Below are positions 1 through 10,863 of a DNA stretch of 64,000 nucleotides, piece after piece (the first letter of the stretch is position 1; every line of letters begins with the position of its first letter). The stretch is from Mytilus californianus (lineage: Eukaryota), in assembly GCF_021869535.1 (NCBI RefSeq), contig NW_026262700.1:682001-746000 (forward strand). The letters run 5' to 3'. The notes beneath the pieces are model-generated. The model saw nothing but the letters and a program-made list of their open reading frames with translations, was not told where the DNA came from and ran no database searches. Made by a program: the position numbers and the translations under genes.

Positions 1-235
1 AACTGAATACGAATGAATTTGACCTTAAACCTGCTATTCTATATAGCAACTTTTGTTCTAGCATGCATCTTTAAAGAAAATAAGGATTTTTTTTAAAGAT
101 ACAAGTATAATAGCGAGATAAATATCGATATACAAGGGTGTCAAAAGTAAAATAAAAAGTGGCCTCGTGTTTATGTAAAGCCTACCAACAACATCAAGAT
201 CGGAGACCGTCTGGCGTTTTTTTTTTTTTTTTAAT

Positions 236-1065
236 CTATATTTTTTCTTTTGTTAGATAATTTTTGTTAAACACAAACACATTCTCGACTGCAAATCTGT
301 TTCCGTTGCAACAACAAATCAAATCATGAACAAAGTCTGATGACATATGTCGGTGAACATAATTGGGGTAGGACCATTGTAACTTTTTCCAAACGTATTG
401 AAAGGGTGTCCTATTGTTGGCTTTTCTTGATGTCATCCACTTGTTAGTTTGTAGGCTGGCTCGTAGAACGTGTTGTTTCGATGACGATTCGTTCGGTGGA
501 AGGCGAACAAGAGAGCAGTCTTTGCTAGTTGCAAGTCTAACACGTAGCTTGTTCAAATCGTGCTGACGTGACTTATGTTTGCCTTTTGGGTCATACAACT
601 TAGATACAAGATTTCTTGCAACACAAAAAGAGGTGTCAATATCTGAGTTACTTAGTTGTTATAGACCCGCCAGTTCTGCAGATGAAGACTTAAAAAGCTT
701 AAAAACAGACTTTTCTCAATGCCAAAAGAGACTTGATGTGGTGTCACAACCAGTAAGAGCATGAGCTGCTGGTAGATATTCACGTCTAATGTTTAAGGGA
801 ACTGCACAACTCATGCACGGGGATGTATCGCCTACCATCCTTACCACTAGTGACAGAACCCATGAATAGCCATAGCTGATCTGTGTTAAGCATTCGAGGA
901 GAGTATTGAACAGAGAGAACTAAAACATCAGTGTCAGAACATTTGACAATCGTTCCCTCTCTAACACTACACTTCTTAAATTGTTCGTCTGCATGGAGAG
1001 CATGTCAAACGAAACTTGTGTCGGCTTCCTCTTCTGTGCTGAACAAGCTTGCACAGTCAGTTATT
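236..1065 (-). pseudogene. Degenerate XPG/FEN1-like (PIN + H3TH) nuclease gene with Cys-rich C-terminus, probably transposon-borne
   Basis: Manual minus-strand translation across stops and frameshifts gives EEADT..HA, SDTDVLVL, RYIPVHEL, LPAAHALTGCDTTSSLF, then ORF 236..598 with LPPNE...QHVLRASLQT..W and DLICCC. Confidence 0.7.
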
Positions 1066-1389
1066 TGATCGTATGTTATTTATTTTTTATGATTTCCTGA
1101 TTTTGGAAAATCGCTGCTATATATAATGTTTTTCCGACAGGCAGTGGATAACTGGCACAATAAAATTTCGAAATGAATTCCCCGATGAAGACGATTTGTT
1201 AATTCCTATTGTTCGCCAGGATTTTTTTTCCAATCTAGGATACTGCTTCCTTCATTTACATGATTTACCTTGTGTCCACCAGTAGCTTGAGACCGACACA
1301 CTCCATTGAATAAACCAGCTTTCTGACGTATAACAAATTACCCCTCATTACAGCTTGCTTCAACTTCTGCGGGGAGATTGAGCATAGTT

Positions 1390-2010
1390 GATGATCAGCT
1401 ATTTGATAGTAGTTAAGGAACTTGCTAAAAACACTGAAAGATTCATTGTAGAACACTTACTAGAGGCCGAGAAGAAACGATATTTTTCTAGTTTTTTGTG
1501 TAGTTTTGGTATCCAATACATAGTAGGGACCTTCAAATGTTCAGGTCCCCAAGGGTGACTAGGAATAGAAATATGGTCACTTGGTCTTCTTCCGACCGGC
1601 ACTAAAACGCTTGCCAGAGTGGGGCGTTCGTTTGGCTGTGCGGGATGTATCAAGTTTGCAGCCACGTCCGATCAGAATGGGGACGTTAAATCCGATGCCT
1701 CGTGTAAAGAGAGTGCCACTCTCATTGCACGTTAAAAACCTTTGCAACAACTCGTTTAGGGGTCCGTAGGTGGCGCGTTGCAAACCTCAATTTCCGTCCC
1801 TATCCAATATACCCTCATTTTCCAGTGGCAGTCCAAATTTCCCCGACCATCATCCCGGATGGCCTCTATTAAAATACCTACGTGTTGTATTTATTGTTAA
1901 CTTGTTCTCGTCCAGAACGTGCATGAAATATTTGCCACTGGACGTTAAGCAACCAACAATCAATCAATCAATCAATCCGATGTTCAGAAGAAGCATAAAG
2001 CTGTGAGGTG
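1390..2010 (-). mobile_element. Penelope-like RT N-terminal remnant, interrupted by a SINE
   Basis: ASSEHLKVPTMYWIPKLHKK..YRF.SASSKCST motif continues across the SINE at 1547-1977 via the duplication atgttcag (1537-1544/1980-1987). Confidence 0.6.
1547..1977 (+). mobile_element. SINE-like element, full length (V-domain-like core, (CAAT)n tail)
   Basis: Starts ccccaagggtgact, ends ggacgttaagcaaccaac(aatc)n; 8-bp flanking duplication. Confidence 0.9.
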
Positions 2011-2309
2011 GTTATGCTATGTTTGTTTAATATATGACTCTCTGTGGACCGCACGGACTTGAATGTAGATGCATTTAAAATTTCATTCTTAAGAACATCC
2101 GTATAAATTATATTAGTACAAGGCTAAGAAACAGGTACTCAAACTTTGCAACTCATCACTGTATTTCATGTAGCCAATGCAATTTAATGTATTTATGCTC
2201 TTTAGTATTGGAGGAATAAATGAACAGGTGTTAAAATATGAAGTGGCAATAGCAGTGATGCTCATGTTATTACAAATCAAGTAAATAGTCTTAATTCTGT
2301 AGGTCACAT

Positions 2310-2810
2310 TCGTGAATAGGGGAGGAGATTGTAGTTACAACATAAGACACATATCCGATATTATATGTGAAACGGTCATTCCATAACGGTCAATCATTTC
2401 GTGATGGCGTCCGTAAAATTGACGAAGGGATGATTTCAACTTCACCATTTTGGAACTTTTGGTTTAATAGCTTCATTGTGATCAGCAACCCTCTATCAAG
2501 GAAATCATGATAGGAAATACAAGTCCGAGAATATCGTATCAATTGGTAGATATGTACTCCGTATGTTGGCGCTGCTGGGATGTTGCTACATAGAAATGGA
2601 ATTCACAATTGAGAAGCTGAAATCATCTCTTTTGTTGTAAAGGTTTGTTTTCAACCGACCCTCATTGTCAATTTCTAGATGCAAGTCAAGATATGAGGCA
2701 AACTTAACTTTACCTGTTGTATCCCTTATCTCTAGTTAGATGGGATAGATTCGTTCAACATACTAGTTTTGAATTATTTTGTGAGAGAACATGATCTATA
2801 TAGCGGAAAA
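2310..2810 (-). mobile_element. Penelope-like RT/thumb remnant
   Basis: Degenerate translation YID.VLS.NNSK..VERIYP..LEI.DTT...ASYLDLHLEIDNEGRLKT, followed by FP.LCSNIPAAP.YGV. Confidence 0.75.
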
Positions 2811-4056
2811 TAAAGTTTTATGTTGATCATGTAAGGCAAAACCCCTCAAAAATGATAAAAATTGTCATTTAAAGCAATATTTCCACAATTTCCTCTTCAT
2901 TGTCTTAAATGTAGATCTTGTCTTGGTGATCATTTTTACTTTATTTTAGTTTATATCTATTATAATTTTTAAGATAAAGTAAGACAACATCGCAAACAAA
3001 TTGTAAATATCATCATCAAAAGGTAATAACTCTAGATGGGCATTACATGTATTTATAAATTAAAAGGTTTTAATAAACTGCTATATATCATTCTATTATT
3101 TTCAATTACTTTCAATGAAGAACTTTCCACCATAAATGTGTGGCCTGCAGGAACTACTGAAGTAACATTATCTGCTGATTTTTCCAGCTGAAGCAACATT
3201 CTCTCCTGTTGTTGTCTAAGAAATCTGAAGTTTTTGATTTGATCCTGAAGACGTTTTTATTTACAAAACACTGAACCTTAATGTTGACACACAGCAGATG
3301 ACACATGTTCATGCCTAAGTAATGTTTTTGCAAGTGTTCAAAAAATAGCGATTTTAAAGTCTGTTATAAATGAATATCACCAACCTGTATTTCTTGAAGA
3401 TCACATTTTCTGGTTCTTCATTCAATAGCTCCTTACATGCAATAATAACATGTTTCTCCCAAGGAGAAACATGTTCTTGGGAGAAACATGTTATGTTCCA
3501 TCATTACAACTTTTTGGAAATCCCCAGTACAACTGAATTAATATTGGTGTAAAGGAAAGAAAATTAATGTAAACCTATAATTTATTTTGCAAAATATATC
3601 ATATACAGTAAAGTTAACATGCATGTCTGTAAAATGCCTTAATAGCATACATCAAATTGAATGGTTAAAAGTACACTTCCTTAAATCCGTAAGTGGTTTA
3701 TGTACAGAAGAATGCATGACAGACAGCTAGACAACCAGTGTAAAGAAAATACCTTATTTTTCATTAACAAACAAGAGTATATCAAGGATATCCCTCCTCT
3801 GTATTTTTTGCATAAATCATTCATCAAAATTTGTCCTATTTGTCTGGAAATTTCATGTCAGGTAGAAATTGACCTAATGAACACTTTAACCCATGTCAGA
3901 TTTGCTCTAATAGTTTGTTTTCTGTTTCACCTGTGACTTCTGTTGCAGAAAGTGAGACTTAGGGATAGTGATTTTGCTGCAGCAGCATTACATGTTACAT
4001 TAAATTGGTCACTTTCTTTATTGATTATTTAAATATATTTAACAGTTAATTGGAGT

Positions 4057-4173
4057 CCCCAAGGGTGACTGGGGAATAGAAATATGGTCACCATTGGTCA
4101 ACCTCCGACCGGCAGTAGAACCCTTGCCAAAGTGGGGCGTCCGTTTGGCTGTGCGGGATGTATCAAGTTTGCA
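4057..4173 (+). mobile_element. SINE-like element, 5' fragment
   Basis: ccccaagggtgactgggg...tatcaagtttgca, abutting the LINE RNase H region. Confidence 0.85.
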
Positions 4174-4780
4174 CTGTGGTTCTTTCTCATTTTTCAGAAG
4201 ATACTCATGTGTTATTCTAGTATGACCAATACCGCATCTATAAATAACACACTGATCTTTTCTGCACATTAAAGTATTTAAAGGTTTACCTAATTTAGGT
4301 TTAATATCATGTAACTTATTATCATCGTTTTTACTCCATTCATTTTCCAATATATTCAAAACATATTCTCTAATATTAGATCTAAAATCAGTATATGGTA
4401 TATCACTGTTAGATAAGGGATCATCCAGGGCATTTGTTGCTTCCTGGTCCAAAACCGTGTTTCCATAGATTCCAACATGACTCGGAACCCAAATTATTTC
4501 TTTATGAAGAATTTTTAAATTCCTCATTACATATAAAATCTTGAGAATTATAGGGTTTTTAATTTTAGTATGTTGTATAGCTTGTAAGCATGAAAGTGAA
4601 TCAGAACATATAATCAATTTGGATTTGTCTGAAGTAGCAATACATTTCCAACCCAAAATAATTGCCTTTGCTTCAGCAGTAAATATGGATGCGGCAGATG
4701 ACAAACGGAGAGTCGCAGCTCTGTCTCCAAAGTCAGCAGCAGATGCAACTCGGTTACCATCCTTCGATCGATCTGTATAA
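4174..4780 (-). pseudogene. LINE ORF2 RNase H domain
   Basis: FYTD.SKDGNRVASA, SIFTAEAKAI, ICSDSLSCLQAI, WVPSHVGIYGN, IGHTRITHEYLL in ORF 4039..4821. Confidence 0.9.
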
Positions 4781-5278
4781 AACAGTTGAAAAATCTGAAT
4801 AAATTGTCTTAGTTTCAGCAAAATGTTGTTGAATTAAAAGAGGGTTTGTTTCCGGTTTTTTTTTGTATTTACGGAATTTCTGACAAAGCTTTCAACATTG
4901 TTCCTTTTAAGAAAAAATTTGTTTGACATGAATAAAAACTTGAAAATTATGATGTTAAAATTAAGATCCTCTTAAATGTTTTCTATAACTAAAACAAAAA
5001 AAATCAAATTTCACTGGGAACATTGAAAAAACTTTTGTTAGAAATCAACTTTTTATGATTGAATCAATGTTTATATTAAACTGAATGAAAATATATTATT
5101 AATATTGAATAAATACATCATCACACGCAGTTAATGAGTATAAAAAAAGTATTTTTGTCTATCTATATATAAGAATTTTTTTTTCTCAGGTAAATTAATC
5201 AATAAGTGATAGATTTCTCTTAGAAGAAATTTAAAGGTCCCAGTGAATAAACTACACAGAGAAAAATAGCTATTGTAT

Positions 5279-6165
5279 TCATTCAATAGGACAGGTGAAC
5301 TTACAAAAGTTTAAATACCTGGTCAAGATAGAGATGGCACTGTGGAAAACTTTCATTGGGTTCGCAATAAGTCCAAGCTTTAAACGTCTGTTGGAGTGTG
5401 AGTGCTCATCAGCCTCTACATACAGACTCTCAACTTGTGAGGTTTTAAATTCGCCAAGACACAAACGCAAACCCTGGTGATGCACAGCATCGATAATCTG
5501 TATGTAGGACTTCCGTACAGAGCCATACACTATTGAACCGTAATCTAGTTCAGATCTAACTAGAGATCTATATAAATTAAGTAAGATGTTGCGATCAGCA
5601 CCCCAGTCAGTGCTGCCGACAACTTTTAAAATATCTTATCCTTTCAAACATCTCGATTTTAACATTTTGATATGGGGTAGAAAGGTTAACTTTTTATCAA
5701 AAACTAATCCAAGAAATTTGATTTCATCAACCAATTAAATTGGGTTTCCGTACAAGTTGAGTTTTGGATCATGATGCAATTTCCTTTTGTTACAAAAATG
5801 CATTCCAACCGTTTTTGAAGTAGAAAATTTAAAACCACTTTCCGAGGCCCATTTTTCAATTCTTCCAAGACATAATTGTAATTGTCGTTCAATGTTATTC
5901 ATATTTTTACCTCTATAACATAAAGCATCAACCTACAATGAACCTTCAATATTACTTTTCAAAACTTTAACAAGGCTGTTGATTTTAAGACTAAATAATG
6001 TAACAGATAAAAAAGGGTGAGGGACACCCATCTCTTGATCATACAGATCCGACATGGTTGAATTTACTATTAACATTACATTGTCTGTTAGACAGAAAAT
6101 TCGAAATAAAATTTGGCATATTGCCTTTCAACCCCATATCAAAAAGATCTTTTAAAATACCATAT
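5279..6165 (-). pseudogene. LINE ORF2 RT C-terminal half and thumb
   Basis: Manual translation: GILKDL, EMGVP, degenerate SLYVDD, VKFLGLVFDKKLTF, WGADRNILLNLYRSL, HHQGLRLCLG..VESLYVEA; multiple stops and frameshifts. Confidence 0.85.
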
Positions 6166-6410
6166 GTTCTAAAAATATATTTTCCAATGTTGACATTTCA
6201 ACAACACACCTATATTTTTGATAATTACACAATTGCTCCGTTGTCGCTCTGCGGAGGTATATTAAAACTAGCATATCATTCCTTGATATATATTATAAAC
6301 AATCTATTCACATCTGATGTAATTTCCAATCACAATTTACAACTGATTGTCTATGTCCACATGAATCTGCTCTATATGTACATCTTGCTATCTTTGTCTT
6401 ATATATGAAG

Positions 6411-6720
6411 TTACCTTGCGGTATCAGAGTCCTGGCACCTTGGGCATCTGAACTTTACGATAGTGTCCGCCAGCTCTGGTGTCAAATCTACGCAACCTCC
6501 ATTGTACCACTCATGACAAAAATCACACTGTATCATAAACAGTCCATCATCTGGTTTTCTGCACAAACAGTACAAGTCTGGGTTAGTCGCCTTGGTCACA
6601 TCTTCACCGTCCTGTAACCGGTGCTGGCACTGTTTTAACCAGGGTGGTACTTCTCCGTCTTTACATGGCTTTAAACGGTTATGATTTATTGTCAGTACAG
6701 TTTTTTTAATTTTATCTTGT
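6411..6720 (-). CDS. Integrase C-terminal extension with PHD finger (frameshifted from pol)
   Basis: LYCLCRKPDDGLFMIQCDFCHEWYNGGC...FRCPRC is a C4HC3 pattern with His read as Asn; it joins the pol end across an A8 run near 6702-6709. Confidence 0.85.
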
Positions 6721-9700
6721 ACACATATGAAGATAATTTGGCACAGACAAGTCCTGGACCTTTCCAAGGTGGGTCCAATTTCTTCGCCCTACCTTTAATT
6801 TTTGCCGTGTCTAAAACATAAACTAAATCTCCTATTTTGTATTCTCTCTCCAGAATACGTACATCATAATCACGTTTCATGGTATTCTGTGTAGTTTTTA
6901 GCGTGTTGCGCGCTATTTCATGTGCAGATGTTATGGCATCTCGGAGTCTTATTACATACTCATCTTGTGACTCGTCTGTTTTAGCACCAGATACGCTGTA
7001 CAATAAATCAACAGGCTGGTTAACCTCTCTCCCAAGCATTAGCATGTTTGGCGTAAAACCAGTACTTCTGTTAACTGACGATCGAACAGCTCCTGCCAAC
7101 TGTGCCAAATGTTCATCCCAATTGTCCTGTTGTTTAGACACGAAGCAACGGACGGCGTCCATTAAGGTTCTGTTGCAACGTTCTGCTTGTCCGTTTGATA
7201 ATGGTCTGTACGGAGTAGTTCTCGCTTTGTGCATTTGCAAGATTTCACAGATGGATTTGAAAAGCTTGCTTTCAAAATTGCGTCCTTGGTCTGTAAAAAC
7301 CTGAAATGGAAAACCAAAACGAGAGAAAAACTCGTTCACAGCAGCTCTTGCCGTATGTTCTGCAGTTTGTGCTGGTAACGGAATACATTCCATCCATTTG
7401 GAAAACTGATCAACCATAACTAGTACATGGGCATTTCCAAATTTCGTCTCTGGCAGTGGTCCTAGAAAATCTATGTGGACACGCTCCATTGGTGCACCTG
7501 CATGAAACTGGGTAAGCGGACATTTAGCCTTCCTGTTTGGCTTCTTGTGTAAATTGCATGTACTACATGTTTTGACAAAGTCTCTAATTCGTTGTGTCAT
7601 ACCATACCATTGATATTTCGCCTTGATTCTCAATGTGGTCCTATTCATACCTTGGTGACCTGCAGCAGGAATATCATGACATAATGATATCACTTGTTCA
7701 ACAAGATCTCTTGGTACCACAAGTCTTGGTGTTCTGTCTTTCTTGTCCAAATTTCTCAATATTCCATTATCATCTAAATAGAACATATCTTTGTTTATCC
7801 AATATTTCTTAGCTATTGGACTGCATCTGAATATTGTAGCCTCTGATGGTTCTGTTTTGTCCCTGAACCATACCAGTATTAACTCCAAGTCTGGGTCTTT
7901 AGACTGATAATCTCGTAATTGCTCTGGTGAATAAGTACTAGCTCCTATACCTGTCTTAGTAATGGCATTTACATTTGAATGATCCAAATATGTCGCGTAA
8001 ACTGACATACCAAGTGGTGTAGTGACTATTTCCACTGAACTGTGACAAACATTTTGGTTCTGGCTAACTGTATTTTGATTGGTACTGTCAAATACTTGTG
8101 GCTGGACCGGAGATGTACCTAAATTCTCATTCACGTGACTTGTCACGTTCTGGTCCCCGTCTTGTGATATTGAACTATCTGGTGTAGCATTGTCCTCTAT
8201 TATTACATTTGTATGTTGTGCAATGTTCTGTTTCAGTAAATTGTTCTCAGAAATCAAAGAACTCGGTAGTACTGTAAGTGGTCCTGTATTGTGTGTTTGC
8301 TCAAAAGTTTTACAGTCCTGACGTGAAGCTAAGGGAATAACGTTATCTATGTCTTCTTGAAAACCAAGCCAATTTTGGTGAGCACGAGTACAATAATCGC
8401 CTGCTCCACAGGGTAGATTGTGTTTTAGCACGTTCCCAGCTGCTAATCTATTCTGTGGACAGGCTAAATCTGGCAGACGTGATAATGCGTCCGCATTTTG
8501 GTGTCTTTTACCTGGCCTGTGCTTTACTGTCATGTGATACTGGCTTAGCTCCTCTAACCATCGAGCTAGTTGTCCTTGTGGCTCTTTAAAGTGCAATAAC
8601 CACGTTAAACTGCTATGGTCTGTACGGACTATAAACTCTCTTCCTAAAATGTAATGTCTATAATGTCTGGTGAATTTCACTACTGCAAGCAATTCTTTCC
8701 GTGTCGTGCAGTATCGTTTTTGCTCATGGGTTAATGAAAAACTTCCGTAGGCAACGGGACGCTCTACACCATCTTGTACTTGTATTAATTCTGCGCCAAT
8801 TGCGAAATTGGAAGCATCTGTGTCCAAAATAAACGGATCTTTACTGTTGGGTAATGCCAATAACGGAGTTGTTGTCAATGCCTCAACAAGTTTGTCAAAA
8901 GCCTCTTGCTCTGAATCTCCCCATTTGTACGGTTTCTTACCGGTCAATTGATACAAAGGGTAGGATAAATCCGCAAAATTCTTAATGAAAGTTCTATGAT
9001 AATTAGCAAAGCCAAGAAATTGTTCAACCTCTCTTGTTGTCGTAGGTACTTTCCATTTCTTAACAACTTCAACATATCCACTGCCAATTGCCATACCATC
9101 TCTATTGATTGTTCTGCCTAAAAAGTCAATTTCCTTTTTAAAGAAGTCACATTTCCTAGGTTTCAACTTTAGCCAATACTCTCTGAAACGTTCAAAAACT
9201 GATCTCAAATTCTGTAAATGGTCTTCAAATGTCTTTCCCATTACTAGAATATCGTCCTGGAAGGCGAGTACAACATTCCATGTTAAACCTCTGAGAACGA
9301 GATTCATTACTCGTGAATATGTTCCAGGGGCATTGCAAAGGCCAAAACTCATTCGAACAAAGTGGAATATTCCGTATTTAGTGATGAAGGCAGTCTTTTC
9401 CTTGTCTGAGTCCTTCACTTTAATCTGATAATATGCACTATTAGCGTCCAATTTTGAAAACCATTCGTTTTCCGCCAAAGGGTCCAAACATTCGTCCATC
9501 AAGGGAAGCGGATAGACATCTTTTTTCGTCACGGAATTCAACTTCCGGTAATCAATGCACCACCGCACGTTGCCATCGCGCTTGCGCACAAGTACTGGGG
9601 CAGATGCCCATTCTGACATAGATGGTTCTATGATACTTGCATCTAACACTTTCTTTAAATTGTTTTCTTCTTCGTGTGCAAAACACATGGGTGTTCGTCT

Positions 9701-10039
9701 TATTCGTTGTTTGATAGGGCGCGCATCGCCTGTATCAATCTGGTGTTCAATGTGGTTAAATGTTCCCAAGTCAAAATCATCTAGTGCAAAAACATCAGCA
9801 AATTCATGAAGTAAATTTGAAACTTTGGACTTTTGGTCTTCAGCAAGTGTACTGGATTTATCCAATATGTTCTGCAACTGTTCCGGTAGTGTATTGTTAT
9901 CTCTGGCTATTCCAGTTGTTGCTACTGACGGGGCTGGCCCCGTTTCAACAACATCAGCTTCAATTGCTTCGCCTAAAATAGTTCCCTTTTGCAAAACTAT
10001 CTTGTTGTTTGTTACATTAAGTAAACTGACACATGGCAA
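6692..10039 (-). CDS. pol: Gypsy pol: RT, RNase H, integrase (1115 aa open)
   Basis: WASAPVLVRK, YPLP, FGLCNAP, AFQDD (degenerate YxDD), LDTDAS, HHCC (H..PAAGH...C..C), IDFLGP, TDQGRNFES, NGQAERCNR, GPY/F-like WKGPG. Confidence 0.97.
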   Translation of the reverse strand: MPCVSLLNVTNNKIVLQKGTILGEAIEADVVETGPAPSVATTGIARDNNTLPEQLQNILDKSSTLAEDQKSKVSNLLHEFADVFALDDFDLGTFNHIEHQIDTGDARPIKQRIRRTPMCFAHEEENNLKKVLDASIIEPSMSEWASAPVLVRKRDGNVRWCIDYRKLNSVTKKDVYPLPLMDECLDPLAENEWFSKLDANSAYYQIKVKDSDKEKTAFITKYGIFHFVRMSFGLCNAPGTYSRVMNLVLRGLTWNVVLAFQDDILVMGKTFEDHLQNLRSVFERFREYWLKLKPRKCDFFKKEIDFLGRTINRDGMAIGSGYVEVVKKWKVPTTTREVEQFLGFANYHRTFIKNFADLSYPLYQLTGKKPYKWGDSEQEAFDKLVEALTTTPLLALPNSKDPFILDTDASNFAIGAELIQVQDGVERPVAYGSFSLTHEQKRYCTTRKELLAVVKFTRHYRHYILGREFIVRTDHSSLTWLLHFKEPQGQLARWLEELSQYHMTVKHRPGKRHQNADALSRLPDLACPQNRLAAGNVLKHNLPCGAGDYCTRAHQNWLGFQEDIDNVIPLASRQDCKTFEQTHNTGPLTVLPSSLISENNLLKQNIAQHTNVIIEDNATPDSSISQDGDQNVTSHVNENLGTSPVQPQVFDSTNQNTVSQNQNVCHSSVEIVTTPLGMSVYATYLDHSNVNAITKTGIGASTYSPEQLRDYQSKDPDLELILVWFRDKTEPSEATIFRCSPIAKKYWINKDMFYLDDNGILRNLDKKDRTPRLVVPRDLVEQVISLCHDIPAAGHQGMNRTTLRIKAKYQWYGMTQRIRDFVKTCSTCNLHKKPNRKAKCPLTQFHAGAPMERVHIDFLGPLPETKFGNAHVLVMVDQFSKWMECIPLPAQTAEHTARAAVNEFFSRFGFPFQVFTDQGRNFESKLFKSICEILQMHKARTTPYRPLSNGQAERCNRTLMDAVRCFVSKQQDNWDEHLAQLAGAVRSSVNRSTGFTPNMLMLGREVNQPVDLLYSVSGAKTDESQDEYVIRLRDAITSAHEIARNTLKTTQNTMKRDYDVRILEREYKIGDLVYVLDTAKIKGRAKKLDPPWKGPGLVCAKLSSYVYKIKLKKLY

Positions 10040-10275
10040 AGAACTAGCATTGTAATAACCACGTGGGATTAAAATTTTTTATCTCTTTGTTAGGTTCAAC
10101 TATAAAATCAGTTAATTCCGCTGACAAATCTGACTAATTGTACGACTGAATTAGGAGGTATGACTGTTCTATGTGGAACGGTAATTTTAGCTACTCTTGC
10201 TATAACGTTCACAGGCGGTACCAGTCCAACATGTCCATGTACCATAGGTAATGCTTCTCCATTGATGAAAAAAAT

Positions 10276-10863
10276 TTATTTTCTGCGGTCTAAAATTACT
10301 TTTGCTTTGACTAGAAAATCAAGTCCTAATAGCATGTCATTATCAATAGGCGCAACATAAATATCTGTCCTATATGTTCCTTCACCAATTTGTACTTCAA
10401 CTGGTCCCACTACAAAGGCATCCATGTGCATACCACGCCCTGCTGCATGCATTGTTGTTTTTCTTTTCATGGGTGGTTTTTTGCTAAGAGATTCATAAAC
10501 TTTGTCAGAAATGATTGTTACTTCTGCGGCGGTATCTACTACCGAAATTACAGGCTGTCCATGCACTTTTAAAGTAAATCGAAGCATAGATGCTGAGCCT
10601 AACTGGCAAATAGTTCCTCCTAAGTGTACGGGATCTTGCAACTGAAGGTCAATTACTTTCTGTAAATCATTATCAGACTGCGTTGTGTGCAATGATGAAT
10701 TAGACAGAGTATCTGTGGATGTTGACATGTCACATGTTTTCAACGGGGTAATCCCCGAAACAGGTATCCTGTTTATTTCGTTTGAAATGGTGTTTAACGT
10801 TAGGCGGTAAGGTGTGGTCTGAGTCAGGGTTCCGCCCTTTAGCCCGACTCTTTCTGGTTTAAA
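10276..10863 (-). CDS. Gypsy aspartic protease, in the -1 frame relative to gag
   Basis: VVDTAAEVTII and MLLGLDFL motifs; the frame is open upstream to the slippery site. Confidence 0.9.
   Translation of the reverse strand, partial: FKPERVGLKGGTLTQTTPYRLTLNTISNEINRIPVSGITPLKTCDMSTSTDTLSNSSLHTTQSDNDLQKVIDLQLQDPVHLGGTICQLGSASMLRFTLKVHGQPVISVVDTAAEVTIISDKVYESLSKKPPMKRKTTMHAAGRGMHMDAFVVGPVEVQIGEGTYRTDIYVAPIDNDMLLGLDFLVKAKVILDRRK
10802..10863 (-). promoter_or_regulatory. -1 programmed ribosomal frameshift signal (U UUA AAC plus predicted pseudoknot)
   Basis: Heptamer at 10857-10863 in the gag frame, 6-nt spacer, stem gagtcggg/ccc(t)gactc, loop gggcgg pairing with downstream ccgcct. Confidence 0.75.

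Noticed and set aside
6022-6036. Candidate polypurine tract followed by TG
   Set aside because: It encodes the LINE RT motif EMGVP.
6315-6327. Candidate 3' LTR remnant (12/13 match to the LTR end)
   Set aside because: Similarity does not extend on either side.
6879-9981. Plus-strand ORFs overlapping Gypsy pol
   Set aside because: They are antisense shadows of the long pol ORF with no recognisable motifs.
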